Notes: generated from the sequence alone by a model not told the origin. 37,495 nt of DNA from Rhodoferax sp. (GCA_031373455.1 JANMMR010000002.1:1-37495), one strand, 5' to 3'; shown: positions 8,133-18,563, numbered from the stretch's first letter. Numbers and translations: made by a program.

Positions 8133-8178
8133 GCGAAGTGAAGGCGAACGTGGAGGCGAAGGTGACTGGCCCGTGCCG

Positions 8179-8856
8179 TCAGAAGCTGAAACGGGACGGC
8201 TCGGGGAAATTCGCCAGGCGTGGCGCCACCGTGTCCCAGGGTTGTGTGGTGACGAAATCCGTGGCGGAGTTGCGGGTGACGAAGGTGGCGCGCATCATCG
8301 GCTCCTCGCCAACAATCGCGCCCAAGCGGCCGCCAATTTTCAGGCTGTCGAGCAGGCCGTGGGGAATCTCGGCGACCGAACCGCTGAGCAGGATCACGTC
8401 AAACGGGCCTTCAACCGGCGCGCCTTTGGCACCATCTGCGAGGCGGACTTCGGCGTTGTGCACACCGTTTGTTTGCAGGTTGGCGCGCGCCATTTCCACC
8501 AGCGCGGGCTCGATCTCCAGCGAGATCACGCGTTGTGCACGGTGAGCCAGCAGGGCCGCCATGAACCCGCTGCCAGCACCGATTTCCAGCACTTTTTCAT
8601 GTTTTTGCACCGCCAGATCCTGCAACAGGCGGGCCTCGACGCGTGGCGCCAGCATGCACTGGCCCAGGCGCGTGGCGTCGTCAAATGAACCACACAGCGG
8701 GATTTCCATGTCGACAAAGGCCAGGGCCTTGTGGGCAGCGGGCACAAAGTCTTCCCGCTTGATCACCGCCAGCAAATGCAGCACGTGCGCGTCCAGCACG
8801 TTCCACGGGCGGATTTGCTGCTCAATCATGTTGAAGCGGGCTTGTTCCAAATTCAT
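8179..8856 (-). CDS. Protein-L-isoaspartate O-methyltransferase family protein
   Basis: 225 aa. SAM-binding motif VLEIGAGSGFMAALLA. As far as I recall, the methyltransferase-rhodanese-tolC arrangement recurs in betaproteobacteria. Confidence 0.85.
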   Translation of the reverse strand: MNLEQARFNMIEQQIRPWNVLDAHVLHLLAVIKREDFVPAAHKALAFVDMEIPLCGSFDDATRLGQCMLAPRVEARLLQDLAVQKHEKVLEIGAGSGFMAALLAHRAQRVISLEIEPALVEMARANLQTNGVHNAEVRLADGAKGAPVEGPFDVILLSGSVAEIPHGLLDSLKIGGRLGAIVGEEPMMRATFVTRNSATDFVTTQPWDTVAPRLANFPEPSRFSF

Positions 8857-8920
8857 CTCGGCAACTCCAGGTATTCATGCGTGACGCGCCCAGCGGGGCA
8901 CTTGGTCAGCGCCGGCGATT

Positions 8921-11900
8921 TTACGCGGCCGGCGTTGCTTTTGCGCCAAACAGGCGTTTGAACCAATTCGCCAGGTCGTCCATGTAACAGTAGACGATCG
9001 GCACCACCACCAGCGTGAGCAGCGAGGAGGTGATGACGCCGCCAATCACCGCCTGGCCCATCGGTGCGCGGGTCTCCGAGCCTTCCGTGAGCGCAAACGC
9101 CAGCGGGACCATGCCGAAAATCATCGCCAGGGTGGTCATCAAGATCGGGCGCAAGCGCACTTTGGCGGCCAGCAGCAGGGCTTCGTTGCGGCCCAGGCCC
9201 GGCACTTCCACGCCTTCGTCGTTCAGGTGCGGCCCGCGCGAGCGGATGGCAAAGTCGACCAGCAAAATGGCGTTTTTGGTAACGAGGCCCATCAGCATCA
9301 CCACGCCGATCACGGAAAACATCGAGAGTGTGGAATTGAACATCATCAGTGCCAGCACCACGCCGATCAGCGTGAGGGGCAAGGCGGTCATCAGGGCCAG
9401 TGGCTGCAGGAAACTCTTGAACTGGCTGGCCAGGATCATGTAAATGAACACAATGGCCAGGATCAGCGCCGAAATGGCATAACCGAAGGCCTCGGCCATG
9501 TCTTTGGTGGAGCCGCTGAACTGGTAGCTGTAACCCGGCGGCAGTTTGAGGCTGTCCATGGCGGTCTTGATGTCGGCCGAGACCTCACCGGCCGAGCGCC
9601 CCGAGACGTTGGCGTTCAGGCTCACCTCACGCGTCAGGTCCCGCCGGTTGATCTGGTTGGGCCCGGTGGTTTCCTTCACCTGCGCCACCTGGTTGAGCCG
9701 CACCACGCGGCTGCTGCCGTCGGCGTTGTTGCCCAGGGCGAAGGGCAGCCGCTCCAGGTCTTGCGGGCTGTTGCGCGCTTGCGGGGCGAGCCGCACATTG
9801 ACGTCGTAGGTCTGGTCATCGGGCGCGCGCCAGTTGCCCACGGTCTGCCCGGCTACCAGCGTGCGCAGGCCGGAGCCAATCTGGGCGACCGACAAGCCCA
9901 AGTCAGAGGCCGCATCGCGTCGCACTTCCACATCCAGCGTGGGTTTGTTGGGTTTGACGCTGGAATCCAGGTCCACCAAGCCGGGAATTGGTTTGATTTT
10001 CTCTATCGCCAGCGCGGTCAGGCGCTCCAGCTCGGCGGTGTTGGGGCCCAGGATGGAGAACAGGATCTGCTTTTGCCCGCCTACCATGTCCAGGAGGCCG
10101 ACGTGGGTGACGGTGATGCCGGGCACCTGCTTCAGGCGCTCACGCAGCAAAACGGCCATGTCGTTGGCGCTGAGTTTGCGGTCTTTGCGGTCGGTCATGC
10201 GCACGTAAATATTGGCGTAAATCTTGCCCTGCGCGTTGCCGGTGTTGATGGTGGAGAGCGTGTAACGCACCTCCGGAAACTCGCGGATGATGCCCTCGAC
10301 CTGCCGCGCCTTGGCCTCGGTGACTTCGAGCGAAGAGCCCACCGGTGTGAAAAAGTTGAGCGAGGTTTCGGAGAAATCGCCCTTAGGCACAAATTCGGTG
10401 CCCAAAAGCGGCACCATGAAAAGGCTGGTGGCAAAAATCGCGATCGCCAGAAAAACGGTTTTGAGTTTGTGCACCAGCGCCCAACGCAGGATGGCCTGGT
10501 AACTGTGAGCCAGCGAATCCGTGGCGCGGTCGAACCAGCCGGTGACGCGGCCAATGGTCTTGTCGTAGAAGGTGCGGGGCGCGCCCTGGCGGCCGAGTGC
10601 ATCGATGCTCGGGTCGTGCCAGATTGACGACAACATCGGGTCCAGCGTGAAGCTGACAAACATCGATATCAACACGGCGGCCACGATGGTGATGCCGAAC
10701 TCGTGGAAAAACTTGCCGATGATGCCGCCCATGAAACCGATCGGCAAAAACACCGCAACGATGGAGAACGTGGTGGCCAGCACCGCCAGGCCAATCTCCT
10801 GGGTGCCGTCGAGCGAGGCCTGGTAGGCGGTTTTGCCCATTTGCACGTGGCGCACGATGTTTTCGCGCACCACGATGGCGTCGTCAATCAGCAAACCGAC
10901 GCACAAAGAGAGCGCCATCAGGGTGATCATGTTGACGGTGAAGCCAAACAGGTTCATGAAGAAGAAGGTGCCGATGATGGCGATGGGCAGCGTCAACCCG
11001 GTGATGACCGTGGAGCGCCAGGAGTTGAGGAACAGGAAAACGATCAGGATCGTCAAGAGCGCGCCTTCAATCAAGGTGCGGCGCACGTTTTCGACCGACA
11101 CCCGGATGGCGCGCGAGCCGTCGACAATCTGCTCCAGCTTCACGCCCGGCGGCAACTGCGCCTTCATGTCGGCCATGGTTTTCAGCAGGCCGTCCACCAC
11201 CTGGATGGTGTTTTCGTCCTGCGATTTCTGCACACTCAGCAGCAGCGTGCGTTGGCCGTTGTAAAGCGCCAGGGTTTCGATTTCCTGGGCGCCGTCGGCC
11301 ACGCGGGCAACCTGTTCCACACGCACCGGCACGTTGTTTTTGCGGGCAACGATGATCTTGCCAAAATCTTCCGGGCGCTGCATGCGCGCGTCGATCTGGA
11401 TGACTTTTTCCTGCTCGGCGGAGCGGATCGCGCCCAGTGGCAGGTCCTGGTTTTCGCTGCGCACGGCCGCCACCACCTGGTCGGGCGTGATGCCGAAAGA
11501 CTCGAGCGCCTGCGGATTCAAATAGACATTGATCTCGCGTTTGGTGCCGCCCACCACCGTGACCGAGCCGACTCCACGCACGTTCTCCAGCCGTTTCTTG
11601 AAGGTTTGTTCGGCCCAGTTGGTAAGTTCTATGTCGGAGAGGGGTTTTACGCCACTTTTGAGGTCAGGCAAAACCGCAACCGACCAAATGGAGCGGGCAG
11701 AAGGATCAAAACGCAACACACGCGGCTCTTTCACCTCCGCGCGCAAATTGGGTTTGATCGCTGCGACCTTTTCACGCACGTCGTCGGCGGCCTTGCGCCC
11801 GTCAATGTGCAAGCCAAATTCGATCACCACCACCGACTGGTTTTCGTAGCTGCGCGAAGTCAGCGCGTTGATGCCAGCGATCGAGTTGACACCTTCCTCG

Positions 11901-12100
11901 ATCTTTTTCGAGACTTCACTTTCCACGATCTCGGGCGCGGCGCCGGGGTAGTCGGTGATGACCACCACCACCGGGAAATCGATGCTGGGAAACTGGTCAA
12001 CCTTCAGGCGCTGCAGGGAAAACAGACCCAGCACCACCAGCGCCAGCATGAGCATGGTGGCGAAAACCGGGTTTTTGATACTGACGCGTGTGAACCACAT
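8921..12100 (-). CDS. RND efflux pump inner-membrane permease (AcrB/HAE1-like)
   Basis: 1059 aa. The N-terminus [24 protein letters not shown] and the 12-TM/two-large-loop layout are typical of AcrB-family pumps. Confidence 0.95.
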   Translation of the reverse strand: MWFTRVSIKNPVFATMLMLALVVLGLFSLQRLKVDQFPSIDFPVVVVITDYPGAAPEIVESEVSKKIEEGVNSIAGINALTSRSYENQSVVVIEFGLHIDGRKAADDVREKVAAIKPNLRAEVKEPRVLRFDPSARSIWSVAVLPDLKSGVKPLSDIELTNWAEQTFKKRLENVRGVGSVTVVGGTKREINVYLNPQALESFGITPDQVVAAVRSENQDLPLGAIRSAEQEKVIQIDARMQRPEDFGKIIVARKNNVPVRVEQVARVADGAQEIETLALYNGQRTLLLSVQKSQDENTIQVVDGLLKTMADMKAQLPPGVKLEQIVDGSRAIRVSVENVRRTLIEGALLTILIVFLFLNSWRSTVITGLTLPIAIIGTFFFMNLFGFTVNMITLMALSLCVGLLIDDAIVVRENIVRHVQMGKTAYQASLDGTQEIGLAVLATTFSIVAVFLPIGFMGGIIGKFFHEFGITIVAAVLISMFVSFTLDPMLSSIWHDPSIDALGRQGAPRTFYDKTIGRVTGWFDRATDSLAHSYQAILRWALVHKLKTVFLAIAIFATSLFMVPLLGTEFVPKGDFSETSLNFFTPVGSSLEVTEAKARQVEGIIREFPEVRYTLSTINTGNAQGKIYANIYVRMTDRKDRKLSANDMAVLLRERLKQVPGITVTHVGLLDMVGGQKQILFSILGPNTAELERLTALAIEKIKPIPGLVDLDSSVKPNKPTLDVEVRRDAASDLGLSVAQIGSGLRTLVAGQTVGNWRAPDDQTYDVNVRLAPQARNSPQDLERLPFALGNNADGSSRVVRLNQVAQVKETTGPNQINRRDLTREVSLNANVSGRSAGEVSADIKTAMDSLKLPPGYSYQFSGSTKDMAEAFGYAISALILAIVFIYMILASQFKSFLQPLALMTALPLTLIGVVLALMMFNSTLSMFSVIGVVMLMGLVTKNAILLVDFAIRSRGPHLNDEGVEVPGLGRNEALLLAAKVRLRPILMTTLAMIFGMVPLAFALTEGSETRAPMGQAVIGGVITSSLLTLVVVPIVYCYMDDLANWFKRLFGAKATPAA

Positions 12101-12105
12101 GGTGC

Positions 12106-13314
12106 TTACCGGGCTGGGTTGGAAGAAGCCGGCGCGGGCATCGCTGCGGCCGGCTTGCTGCCGGACAGCAAGACGAGCGTGCCTTCACGCAAGGCGCCCA
12201 CACTGCCTTTGATGACGCGGTCGCCTTCGGCCAGTGCACTGACGGCCACCATCAACTCGCCGCCACTTTCTCCACCAATTTCGCCGCGCGCGCCGGTTCG
12301 TACCGGGCGATGCACCACCTTGCCGCTTTCGACCAGTTGCACGTAAGGCACAGGTTTGTCGGTGCGAATGGCGGTAACGGGCAAGGCCAGCGTGTTTTGC
12401 CGCGCTGTGCCCAAAATGCCCTGGGCAAACAGGCCCTGGCGCAGGCCAATGCCATTGCCCGGGCCGGTGGCGGCGCCTTGGTTCAGCACCAGATACGCCA
12501 ACACACTGCGGCTGCCCGCCTGCGCACTGGGGTTGATGCGGGCCACGGTGGCCGTGAGGGGTTGCGCCACGCCTTCGACCTGCAACACGGCGGTCTGGCC
12601 AACTTTCACGCTCACTGAATCGGCCGCGCTGAGCGAGGCTTCGAGCTCCAGACGGCTCAGGTCCACCACTTCGAGCACACGCGCGTCAATGCCGACCCGT
12701 TCGCCCGGTTGCGCCAGGCGCTGGGCCACCTGGCCGGCAATGGGGCTGCGCAAAATCGTGTCGTCCAGCGCCTTTTTGGCCATCTCGACCTGGGCCAGCG
12801 CGGCTTTGTGGGTGGCCTGCACGCCCAGGAGTTGCGCGGAAGACGTCTCCAGCGAGGTTTTGGAGATGAAACCCTGCTCCACCAGGGAGCGGTTGTTGTC
12901 AAACTGGCGCTGGGCGATGTCGATCTGCGTGCGGGCGGCGTCGGCCTGCTCCTGGGCCTGCTTGATGCGCCAGATGGAATCGGTCGCGTCGACCTTCGCT
13001 ACCACTTGCCCGGCTTTGACCCAATCGCCTTCGCGCACTTTCAAATCCTGCAACTCGCCGGCCACGCGGGCCTTGATGAAAGCCGAATTGGCGGCTTTGA
13101 GCGCACCTGAAATGGCCAAGCCTTCGGCGATTTCGCGGGTTTGCACGGTCACCAGGTCGGTGGGCGCCAGCTCGATGCTTGACTGCGCCGGTTTCGCTGC
13201 CAGCGCCGCCGCAGCGGTTTGTTGTGCTTTTTTGGCCGACAACGTACGCACGATGCCATACGACAGCGCCGCGATCACCAACACGGCGACGGACCATTTC
13301 AAGATGCGTTTCAT
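12106..13314 (-). CDS. RND efflux periplasmic adaptor (membrane fusion protein)
   Basis: I chose the start at MKRILKWSVAVLVIAALSYG (signal/anchor). That ATG overlaps the tetR stop as ATGA (13311-13314). It has a coiled-coil plus barrel organisation and ends 5 nt before the pump start. Confidence 0.9.
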   Translation of the reverse strand: MKRILKWSVAVLVIAALSYGIVRTLSAKKAQQTAAAALAAKPAQSSIELAPTDLVTVQTREIAEGLAISGALKAANSAFIKARVAGELQDLKVREGDWVKAGQVVAKVDATDSIWRIKQAQEQADAARTQIDIAQRQFDNNRSLVEQGFISKTSLETSSAQLLGVQATHKAALAQVEMAKKALDDTILRSPIAGQVAQRLAQPGERVGIDARVLEVVDLSRLELEASLSAADSVSVKVGQTAVLQVEGVAQPLTATVARINPSAQAGSRSVLAYLVLNQGAATGPGNGIGLRQGLFAQGILGTARQNTLALPVTAIRTDKPVPYVQLVESGKVVHRPVRTGARGEIGGESGGELMVAVSALAEGDRVIKGSVGALREGTLVLLSGSKPAAAMPAPASSNPAR

Positions 13315-14063
13315 GGGGCAGGGCTTCCAGGCGACAAGGTGGCGGGTTGACGGGTTTTGGTGGGATGGGATTTGGGGTGCGTTTTGCACAGGCCATGCAG
13401 GAGCAGGTCGACCTGCGTGGCCAGGTAGTCGGGCGGCGAGAGGCGCGCTTCGGGTGGCAGGGCGGTGGCGGCTGAGTGTTTCCAGAGCATCAGGTAGAGC
13501 ATGGGCGCAATGAGGGCATGCACGCTGTGTTTGAGGTCTACCGCGCGAAATTCTCCGCGCGCGATGCCGCGCTCCAGAATGCTGCGGATCAAGGCCTGGC
13601 CTGGTGCTATCGCCTCCTGGAAGTAAAACGCCGCCAGCTCGGGGAAATTGGCACCTTCACTGACCATCAGTTTGGTGATGCCCGATGCCTTGGTGTCGCC
13701 CACCGAGCTCCACCAGCTGAGCATGCAGCCGTGCAACATGTCGGCCGTGCTGCCTTCAAAACTGCGGATCTGGTCGTGCCACTGCGGGTAGTGTGCCGTG
13801 ATGTTTTCGCGCACGACCGCCTTGAACAACTCTTCCTTGCTGGCGAAATACAAAAACAGCGTACCTTTGGAGACGCCGGCGCGCTGGGCGACTTCTTCGG
13901 CGCGGGTGGCGGCGAAGCCTTTTTCAACAAACAAATCCAGCGCCGCCGCCAGCAACTCGCCAGGGCGCGCGTCTTTGCGCCGCTCGCGTTTGTGCGATCC
14001 GGCGGTGGCAAGGTCAACGCTCGCGCCGACAGTGGCGTCGGGGACTTTGGGATACAGGGACAA
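13311..14063 (-). CDS. TetR/AcrR-family transcriptional regulator, first gene of the efflux operon
   Basis: 250 aa. HTH region ELLAAALDLFVEKGFAATRAEEVAQRAGVSKGTLFLYF. Confidence 0.9.
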   Translation of the reverse strand: MSLYPKVPDATVGASVDLATAGSHKRERRKDARPGELLAAALDLFVEKGFAATRAEEVAQRAGVSKGTLFLYFASKEELFKAVVRENITAHYPQWHDQIRSFEGSTADMLHGCMLSWWSSVGDTKASGITKLMVSEGANFPELAAFYFQEAIAPGQALIRSILERGIARGEFRAVDLKHSVHALIAPMLYLMLWKHSAATALPPEARLSPPDYLATQVDLLLHGLCKTHPKSHPTKTRQPATLSPGSPAP

Positions 14064-14075
14064 GGATGAAATTAT

Positions 14076-14099
14076 TAATGACTGACTGGTTGGTTATTA
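14076..14099. promoter_or_regulatory. Imperfect palindrome TAATGACTGACT/GGTTGGTTATTA (candidate TetR operator)
   Basis: 8 of 12 positions are symmetric. It lies 13 nt upstream of the tetR start codon. Confidence 0.3.
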
Positions 14100-14289
14100 G
14101 TTTAGCCAATGACACGGTGCACGTCAAGATTCCGGTGCCCAAGGGCCAATCTGTGCGGAAATTCACAGTTGTTACCAACGTACAAATTGTTGCCGCCCAA
14201 ACTGCCAATTCGTACCGCATTTGGGTTTTGAGAAATACCAATTGCTGCCTACAGTTCGTCGGTCAAAACATTTTTAAGGGAGAGTGATC

Positions 14290-14496
14290 ATGACATTCAA
14301 CCAGCACGAACTGTATTGGAACGACGGGTTTCTGAAGCAACCGAATCACCAGCGCGTGGTCCGCCTGTTGCGGGAAATGCAGTACAACTCCCACGCTGAT
14401 CGGCGCTGCAGTCAAAAACAGCCCGAGAACGACAGGCGCGAAGACCATTCCGTGTTGTCGCGCTGGTCTGAAAAAATCTGGCAAACGCTGCACTGA
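14290..14496 (+). CDS. Small hypothetical protein (68 aa), no recognisable family
   Basis: Strong SD AAGGGAGAG 6 nt upstream of the ATG at 14290. Third-position GC is moderately high. It is fully overlapped by a minus-strand ORF, so the coding strand is not certain. Confidence 0.4.
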   Translation: MTFNQHELYWNDGFLKQPNHQRVVRLLREMQYNSHADRRCSQKQPENDRREDHSVLSRWSEKIWQTLH

Positions 14497-14532
14497 GACT
14501 GCACATGCCCAAGGGATTGGGCAAGCAAGACG

Positions 14533-14559
14533 CCTGGCTGCACAGTGTTGCAGCCCAGG
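14533..14559 (+). terminator. Hairpin CCTGGCTGCA-cagtgt-TGCAGCCCAGG downstream of the small ORF
   Basis: About 10-bp stem with one bulge, followed by TTATCTGTT (weak U-tract). Confidence 0.3.
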
Positions 14560-14576
14560 TTATCTGTTACATGCTA

Positions 14577-14614
14577 TTAAATATATAGCATAAAACACAA
14601 TTAATACGTGACTT
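14577..14614 (-). promoter_or_regulatory. Bipartite motif instance C: AAGTCACG-N17-GCTATATATTTA (minus strand)
   Basis: The reverse complement of 14607-14614 is AAGTCACG. The spacer at 14590-14606 is 17 nt. GCTAT is the reverse complement of 14585-14589. It overlaps the palindrome ATGCTAT-TAAATAT-ATAGCAT at 14571-14591. Confidence 0.5.
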
Positions 14615-14617
14615 GAT

Positions 14618-14656
14618 GGCCGATCTGGTGTGAAATACCGGCTGTCGGCCCTTTTG
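14618..14656 (+). terminator. Putative intrinsic terminator (GGCCGA...TCGGCC stem plus CTTTTG)
   Basis: Outer 6-bp GC stem and inner CUGGU/ACCGG stem, followed by CTTTTGG. Confidence 0.4.
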
Positions 14657-14810
14657 GCGCGCCAATAAACCCCAATTTGGGTATGACAGGTTCCTGCTGC
14701 GGCTTGCAAAACCGCTGCCGGACAGAGGGGAGCATGTATCCCGGCCAGCGGGGATTCATGCGTTTGTCACACCAACCGCCGACGATACGGCCTTCACAAC
14801 AGGAGATCCC

Positions 14811-16121
14811 ATGCGCACTTCCCGATTCGCTCCCTGGATTTCAGGCCGCCGTTGGCCGCAACTCTCGCTCGCAGCGGTCACCGCCGTGGCGCTGATGGCC
14901 ATCGCGCCCTTGCCCGCAAACGCGCAGCGCGCGGCGCAGAAGCCGCACATCCCGATCCTGATCGCCCACCGTGGCGCCAGCGGCCACATGCCCGAACACA
15001 CACTGCAAAGTTACGCGCTGGCGATTGAGCTGGGTGCCGATTTTGTCGAGCCCGATCTGGTCTCCACCAAAGACGGCGTGTTGATAGCGCGGCATGAGCC
15101 CAACATGATCAACACCACCGACGTGCGCAACCGCCCCGAATTTGCCAGCTACAAACGCGTGCGCTCAGTGGACGGTGTGAACGAAGAGGGCTTCTTCGCC
15201 GGCGACTTCACCCTGGCCGAGATCAAGACGCTGCGCGCCATCCAGCCCGCTGCGAACCGGGAGCAGGCCTTTAACGGCTTGTTTGAAATCCCGACCTTCG
15301 ACGAAATTTTGCAGCTTGTGCGCCGCAAAACCGAGGAAGAAGGCCGCCAGATTGGCGTCTACCCGGAGACCAAACACCCCAGCTTCCACTGCGCGCTGGG
15401 CCTGCCGCTGGAAGACAAGCTGCTCGCGTCCCTCACGCGATTTGGCTTCAACCACCGCAACGCGCCGGTGTTCATCCAGAGTTTTGAAGTCTCCAACCTC
15501 AAATACCTGCGCACCCGCACGCAGGTGAAACTGGTGCAACTGATCGATGGCGATGATGTGGCGGCCGATGGCAGCGTTACCCTGGCGGCGCCTTTTGACA
15601 AGCCGTTTGACTTTGCGCTCGCGAACGACCCGCGCACCTTCAAAGACCTGCTCACACCGGCCGGTTTGCAGGAAATCGCCACCTACGCCGATGGCATCGG
15701 GCCCTGGAAGCCCTATTTGATTGGCGCGCGCTGCATCAGCGTCGCCGCCAACGGCAAATGCGCGGACGCCAATGGTGACGGCCAGGTCAACGAGCAAGAC
15801 CGCGTGCTGAACCCGCCCACCAGCGTGGTGGCAGACGCCCACGCCCGTGGCCTCGTGGTGCACCCCTTCACTCAGCGCAACGAGCAAGCGCGCCTGGCCA
15901 GCGACTTCGGCGGCAACCCGGTCAACGAGCTGGTGAAGTTTTACGAGTTGGGCGTAGACGGCTTCTTTTCAGATTTCACCGAAACCGCGCGTGTGGCACG
16001 CTATGTGTATCTGCTCAAAACCTACCCCGAGGCGCGGGCGTGTTTGCTCGGCCCCAAACACGGCCACTCGCATGAAAATTCCGCGTTGTGCCGGGTGATC
16101 CGCGGCAACGTCAAAGACTGA
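14811..16121 (+). CDS. glpQ: Glycerophosphodiester phosphodiesterase, periplasmic
   Basis: 436 aa. Signal peptide ...PLPANAQ. Catalytic motif [16 protein letters not shown] and [14 protein letters not shown] upstream. Confidence 0.9.
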   Translation: MRTSRFAPWISGRRWPQLSLAAVTAVALMAIAPLPANAQRAAQKPHIPILIAHRGASGHMPEHTLQSYALAIELGADFVEPDLVSTKDGVLIARHEPNMINTTDVRNRPEFASYKRVRSVDGVNEEGFFAGDFTLAEIKTLRAIQPAANREQAFNGLFEIPTFDEILQLVRRKTEEEGRQIGVYPETKHPSFHCALGLPLEDKLLASLTRFGFNHRNAPVFIQSFEVSNLKYLRTRTQVKLVQLIDGDDVAADGSVTLAAPFDKPFDFALANDPRTFKDLLTPAGLQEIATYADGIGPWKPYLIGARCISVAANGKCADANGDGQVNEQDRVLNPPTSVVADAHARGLVVHPFTQRNEQARLASDFGGNPVNELVKFYELGVDGFFSDFTETARVARYVYLLKTYPEARACLLGPKHGHSHENSALCRVIRGNVKD

Positions 16122-16128
16122 AGCGCGC

Positions 16129-16163
16129 AAAAAAAACAGCAACCGGTGGTGTGCCGGTTGCTG
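16129..16163 (-). terminator. Intrinsic terminator of the Liv-type operon
   Basis: Perfect 10-bp stem CAGCAACCGG/CCGGTTGCTG (16137-16163) with a 7-nt loop. On the minus strand it is followed by T8 (A8 at 16129-16136). Confidence 0.7.
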
Positions 16164-16238
16164 CGGGTGAGGGGCCCAATGGCGTTTTGCGCCTTGGGCT
16201 TGGTGTGTCGGGTTTGGGTTTCCGTTCAGGCTTGCGTT

Positions 16239-17444
16239 TTAGCGGCCGTAGACCTTGCCAAACAGGGCCCAGGTTTTGCCGTCAAACTTCATCATCTGTT
16301 CACGCTCCACCGGGTAGAAGTCGTCCGGACCGGTCTTGACGTTCACGCCAGGCAGCAGCATGGGCAAGGTCAAATCCAGGCTGGCGGCTTGCTTCATCAC
16401 GTTTTCCCGGGTCAGGTTGTCGCCGGCTTTTTGCAGCGTATGAACCATCAACTGGGCGATGGTGTAGCCGTAAACATTCAAGTTGTCGGTGATGTTGGCA
16501 GTTGGCTGGTACTTTTTCATCCAGGCCAGCCAGTCGTCCCACTCTTTGCCTTTCTGGAACTGAGGATCGGTCGGGTCCTTGATGTAACCGGCGGTCAGGA
16601 TGCCGATGGAGTTGTCAATGCCGGCGGGCGTCAACACCGACGCTACGGAGCTGGAGACGCTGTTGAGATAGTGCGCGGGCTTCCAGCCGAGCTCTGCCGC
16701 CTTCTTGATCGCCTGCGCCGCAAACTTCGGCGTGGTGATGTTGAAGAAGGTGTCTGCGCCAGCAGCCTTCAGGGACACCATCTGGCTGTCCACAGTGGCA
16801 TCGGTCACTTCGTAGGTTAGTTTGGAGACGATCATCGACGCCGCCTTGGCGCCCAATCCGTCTTCAAAGCCTTTCAGGTAATCTTTGCCGTAATCGTCGT
16901 TCTGGTACAGGATGCCGATCTTAGCGTTGGGTTTGGTCTCCAGGATGTGCGCGGCGAACACCTTGGATTCACTCTGGTAGTTGGGTTGAAAACCCATCGT
17001 CCAGGGAAAGTTTTTCGGATCACCCCATTTGGTGGCGCCGGTGGCGACAAACAGGTGCGGCACCTTTTTGTCGTTCATGTATTTGTGAATCGCCGAATTC
17101 GGCGGTGTGCCCAGTGGCTGGAACAAAAGCAGGACTTCTTCCTGCTCGACCAGTTTGCGCGCCATTTCCACTGTTTTGGCCGGGTTGTAACCGTCGTCCA
17201 GTGAAATGAATTTGACCTTGCGGCCATTGATGCCGCCTTCGGCATTGACTTTTTCGAAGTAGGCAGCGATGGCTTTGCCAATCGTGCCGTATGCCGATGC
17301 CGGACCGGAATACGGGTTGATGTGGCCGAGCTTGATTTCCTTGTCGTCAGCGCCGACGTCATACTTTTTCTGCGCCAACGCGTGGCTGGTGACCAGTGTG
17401 GCAGCGGCAATTGCCAGCGCCTGGCCGAGTAGTTTCAGTTTCAT
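16239..17444 (-). CDS. Branched-chain amino-acid-type ABC transporter substrate-binding protein (LivK-like)
   Basis: 401 aa. Signal peptide ...SHALAQ. Type-I periplasmic binding-protein pattern IKLGHINPYSGPASAYG. SD AAGGAGA. Confidence 0.9.
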   Translation of the reverse strand: MKLKLLGQALAIAAATLVTSHALAQKKYDVGADDKEIKLGHINPYSGPASAYGTIGKAIAAYFEKVNAEGGINGRKVKFISLDDGYNPAKTVEMARKLVEQEEVLLLFQPLGTPPNSAIHKYMNDKKVPHLFVATGATKWGDPKNFPWTMGFQPNYQSESKVFAAHILETKPNAKIGILYQNDDYGKDYLKGFEDGLGAKAASMIVSKLTYEVTDATVDSQMVSLKAAGADTFFNITTPKFAAQAIKKAAELGWKPAHYLNSVSSSVASVLTPAGIDNSIGILTAGYIKDPTDPQFQKGKEWDDWLAWMKKYQPTANITDNLNVYGYTIAQLMVHTLQKAGDNLTRENVMKQAASLDLTLPMLLPGVNVKTGPDDFYPVEREQMMKFDGKTWALFGKVYGR

Positions 17445-17549
17445 GGCTATTCGTCTCCTTCAAAAAAAGGTTTCAGGGGATTCAGCACAACATTACAACG
17501 CGGGCTTCACCGCAAGGCTGTCCGGACAAACCCCCAGACCCTGGGCCTT

Positions 17550-18563
17550 TCAACGCCGCAGTTTGTGCCATGCAGTCTTCAGGCCACCCATGATGCCCAT
17601 GGGCATCAGGTACATCAAACCGATCAGCAAAACGCCGTAAATGGCTGCTGGTGCCGATTTGGACAATTCATCGGCAATGTTGGGCACGTACTGAATGAAC
17701 ATGGCGCCGAAAATCGCGCCGGGAATCGACGCCAGACCACCAACGACAACGCCCACAAGCAGAAATATCGAGAGGTTCACAGTAAAGCTGTCGGGTGACA
17801 CATAAGCCACCACGATCGCGCCCAAAGCCCCGGCTACGCCACAAAACGCCGCCGAGACGCCAAAGGTGATCGACTTGAACACCGGCAGGTTGATGCCCAT
17901 GGCGGTGGCTGCAATCGGGTGGTCACGCACGGCAATCAAGGCGCGCCCGACGCGCCCATGCAGCAGGTTGTAAGCCAGGACAAACATTACCACCGCCGCG
18001 AACAGCGAGACGAAATACAGCCAGCGGTCCGGACTCAGGGGCTGGCCAAACAGGCTGAATTCAAAAGGCGGCACCGGTTTGGACAACACAATGCCCTGCA
18101 CGCCGCCCGTGAAACCCTCGATTTTTTTGTATTTGAGCAATTGCGGCACCGCCAGGGCCAAGGCAAAGGTGGCCAGCGCCAGATAGTGGCCGGCCAGGCG
18201 CAGCGCCGGGAAGCCCATCAGGTAACCAAACACAAAACACACCACACCGGCTGCGGGCAGCGTCGCCCAATAGGGCACGCCCGTCTTGTCCATGAGGATG
18301 GCCGCGGTGTAGGCGCCAAACGCGTAAAACGCACCGTGCCCCAGCGAGATCTGGCCGTTGAAACCGGTGAGGATGTTCAAACCCAGAATGGCGATGGCAT
18401 ACACCAGCACCAGGTTGAACTGGAACACGCGGTAGTTCTTGAACAGGAAGGGCAGGATCAGCAAGGCAACCGCGAGCACGGCCAGGCCCACCCATTTACC
18501 GGTGCTGGAACTGGCGGCGGGCGACACAACCGCGCCGGCGTTGGCGTTTGGAATCGCGTTCAT
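17550..18563 (-). CDS. Branched-chain amino-acid ABC transporter permease (LivM-like)
   Basis: 337 aa, polytopic. GQISLGHGAFYAFGAY motif. 4-nt overlap with the upstream permease gene. Confidence 0.9.
   Translation of the reverse strand: MNAIPNANAGAVVSPAASSSTGKWVGLAVLAVALLILPFLFKNYRVFQFNLVLVYAIAILGLNILTGFNGQISLGHGAFYAFGAYTAAILMDKTGVPYWATLPAAGVVCFVFGYLMGFPALRLAGHYLALATFALALAVPQLLKYKKIEGFTGGVQGIVLSKPVPPFEFSLFGQPLSPDRWLYFVSLFAAVVMFVLAYNLLHGRVGRALIAVRDHPIAATAMGINLPVFKSITFGVSAAFCGVAGALGAIVVAYVSPDSFTVNLSIFLLVGVVVGGLASIPGAIFGAMFIQYVPNIADELSKSAPAAIYGVLLIGLMYLMPMGIMGGLKTAWHKLRR

Noticed and set aside
13315-13389. N-terminal extensions of several ORFs in the track: adaptor 13315-13389, P450 23176-23220, msrA 20971-21168, AEC 28625-28666, IorB-like 34962-35039, pdxH 34358-34489.
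   Set aside because: The extensions precede conserved N-termini or signal peptides, overlap neighbouring genes or intergenic promoters, and lack family similarity. Internal starts fit better.
14101-14245. Four CCAAT pentamers (14106, 14146, 14205, 14238) as a repeat array.
   Set aside because: The spacing is irregular (40, 59 and 33 nt) and the flanks are not conserved. This is consistent with chance.
14263-14493. 76-aa minus-strand ORF with a hydrophobic helix as the real gene of island C.
   Set aside because: I did not call it as a feature. It has a GTG start without an SD, whereas the overlapping + strand ORF has a near-ideal SD. It stays open as an alternative in the findings.
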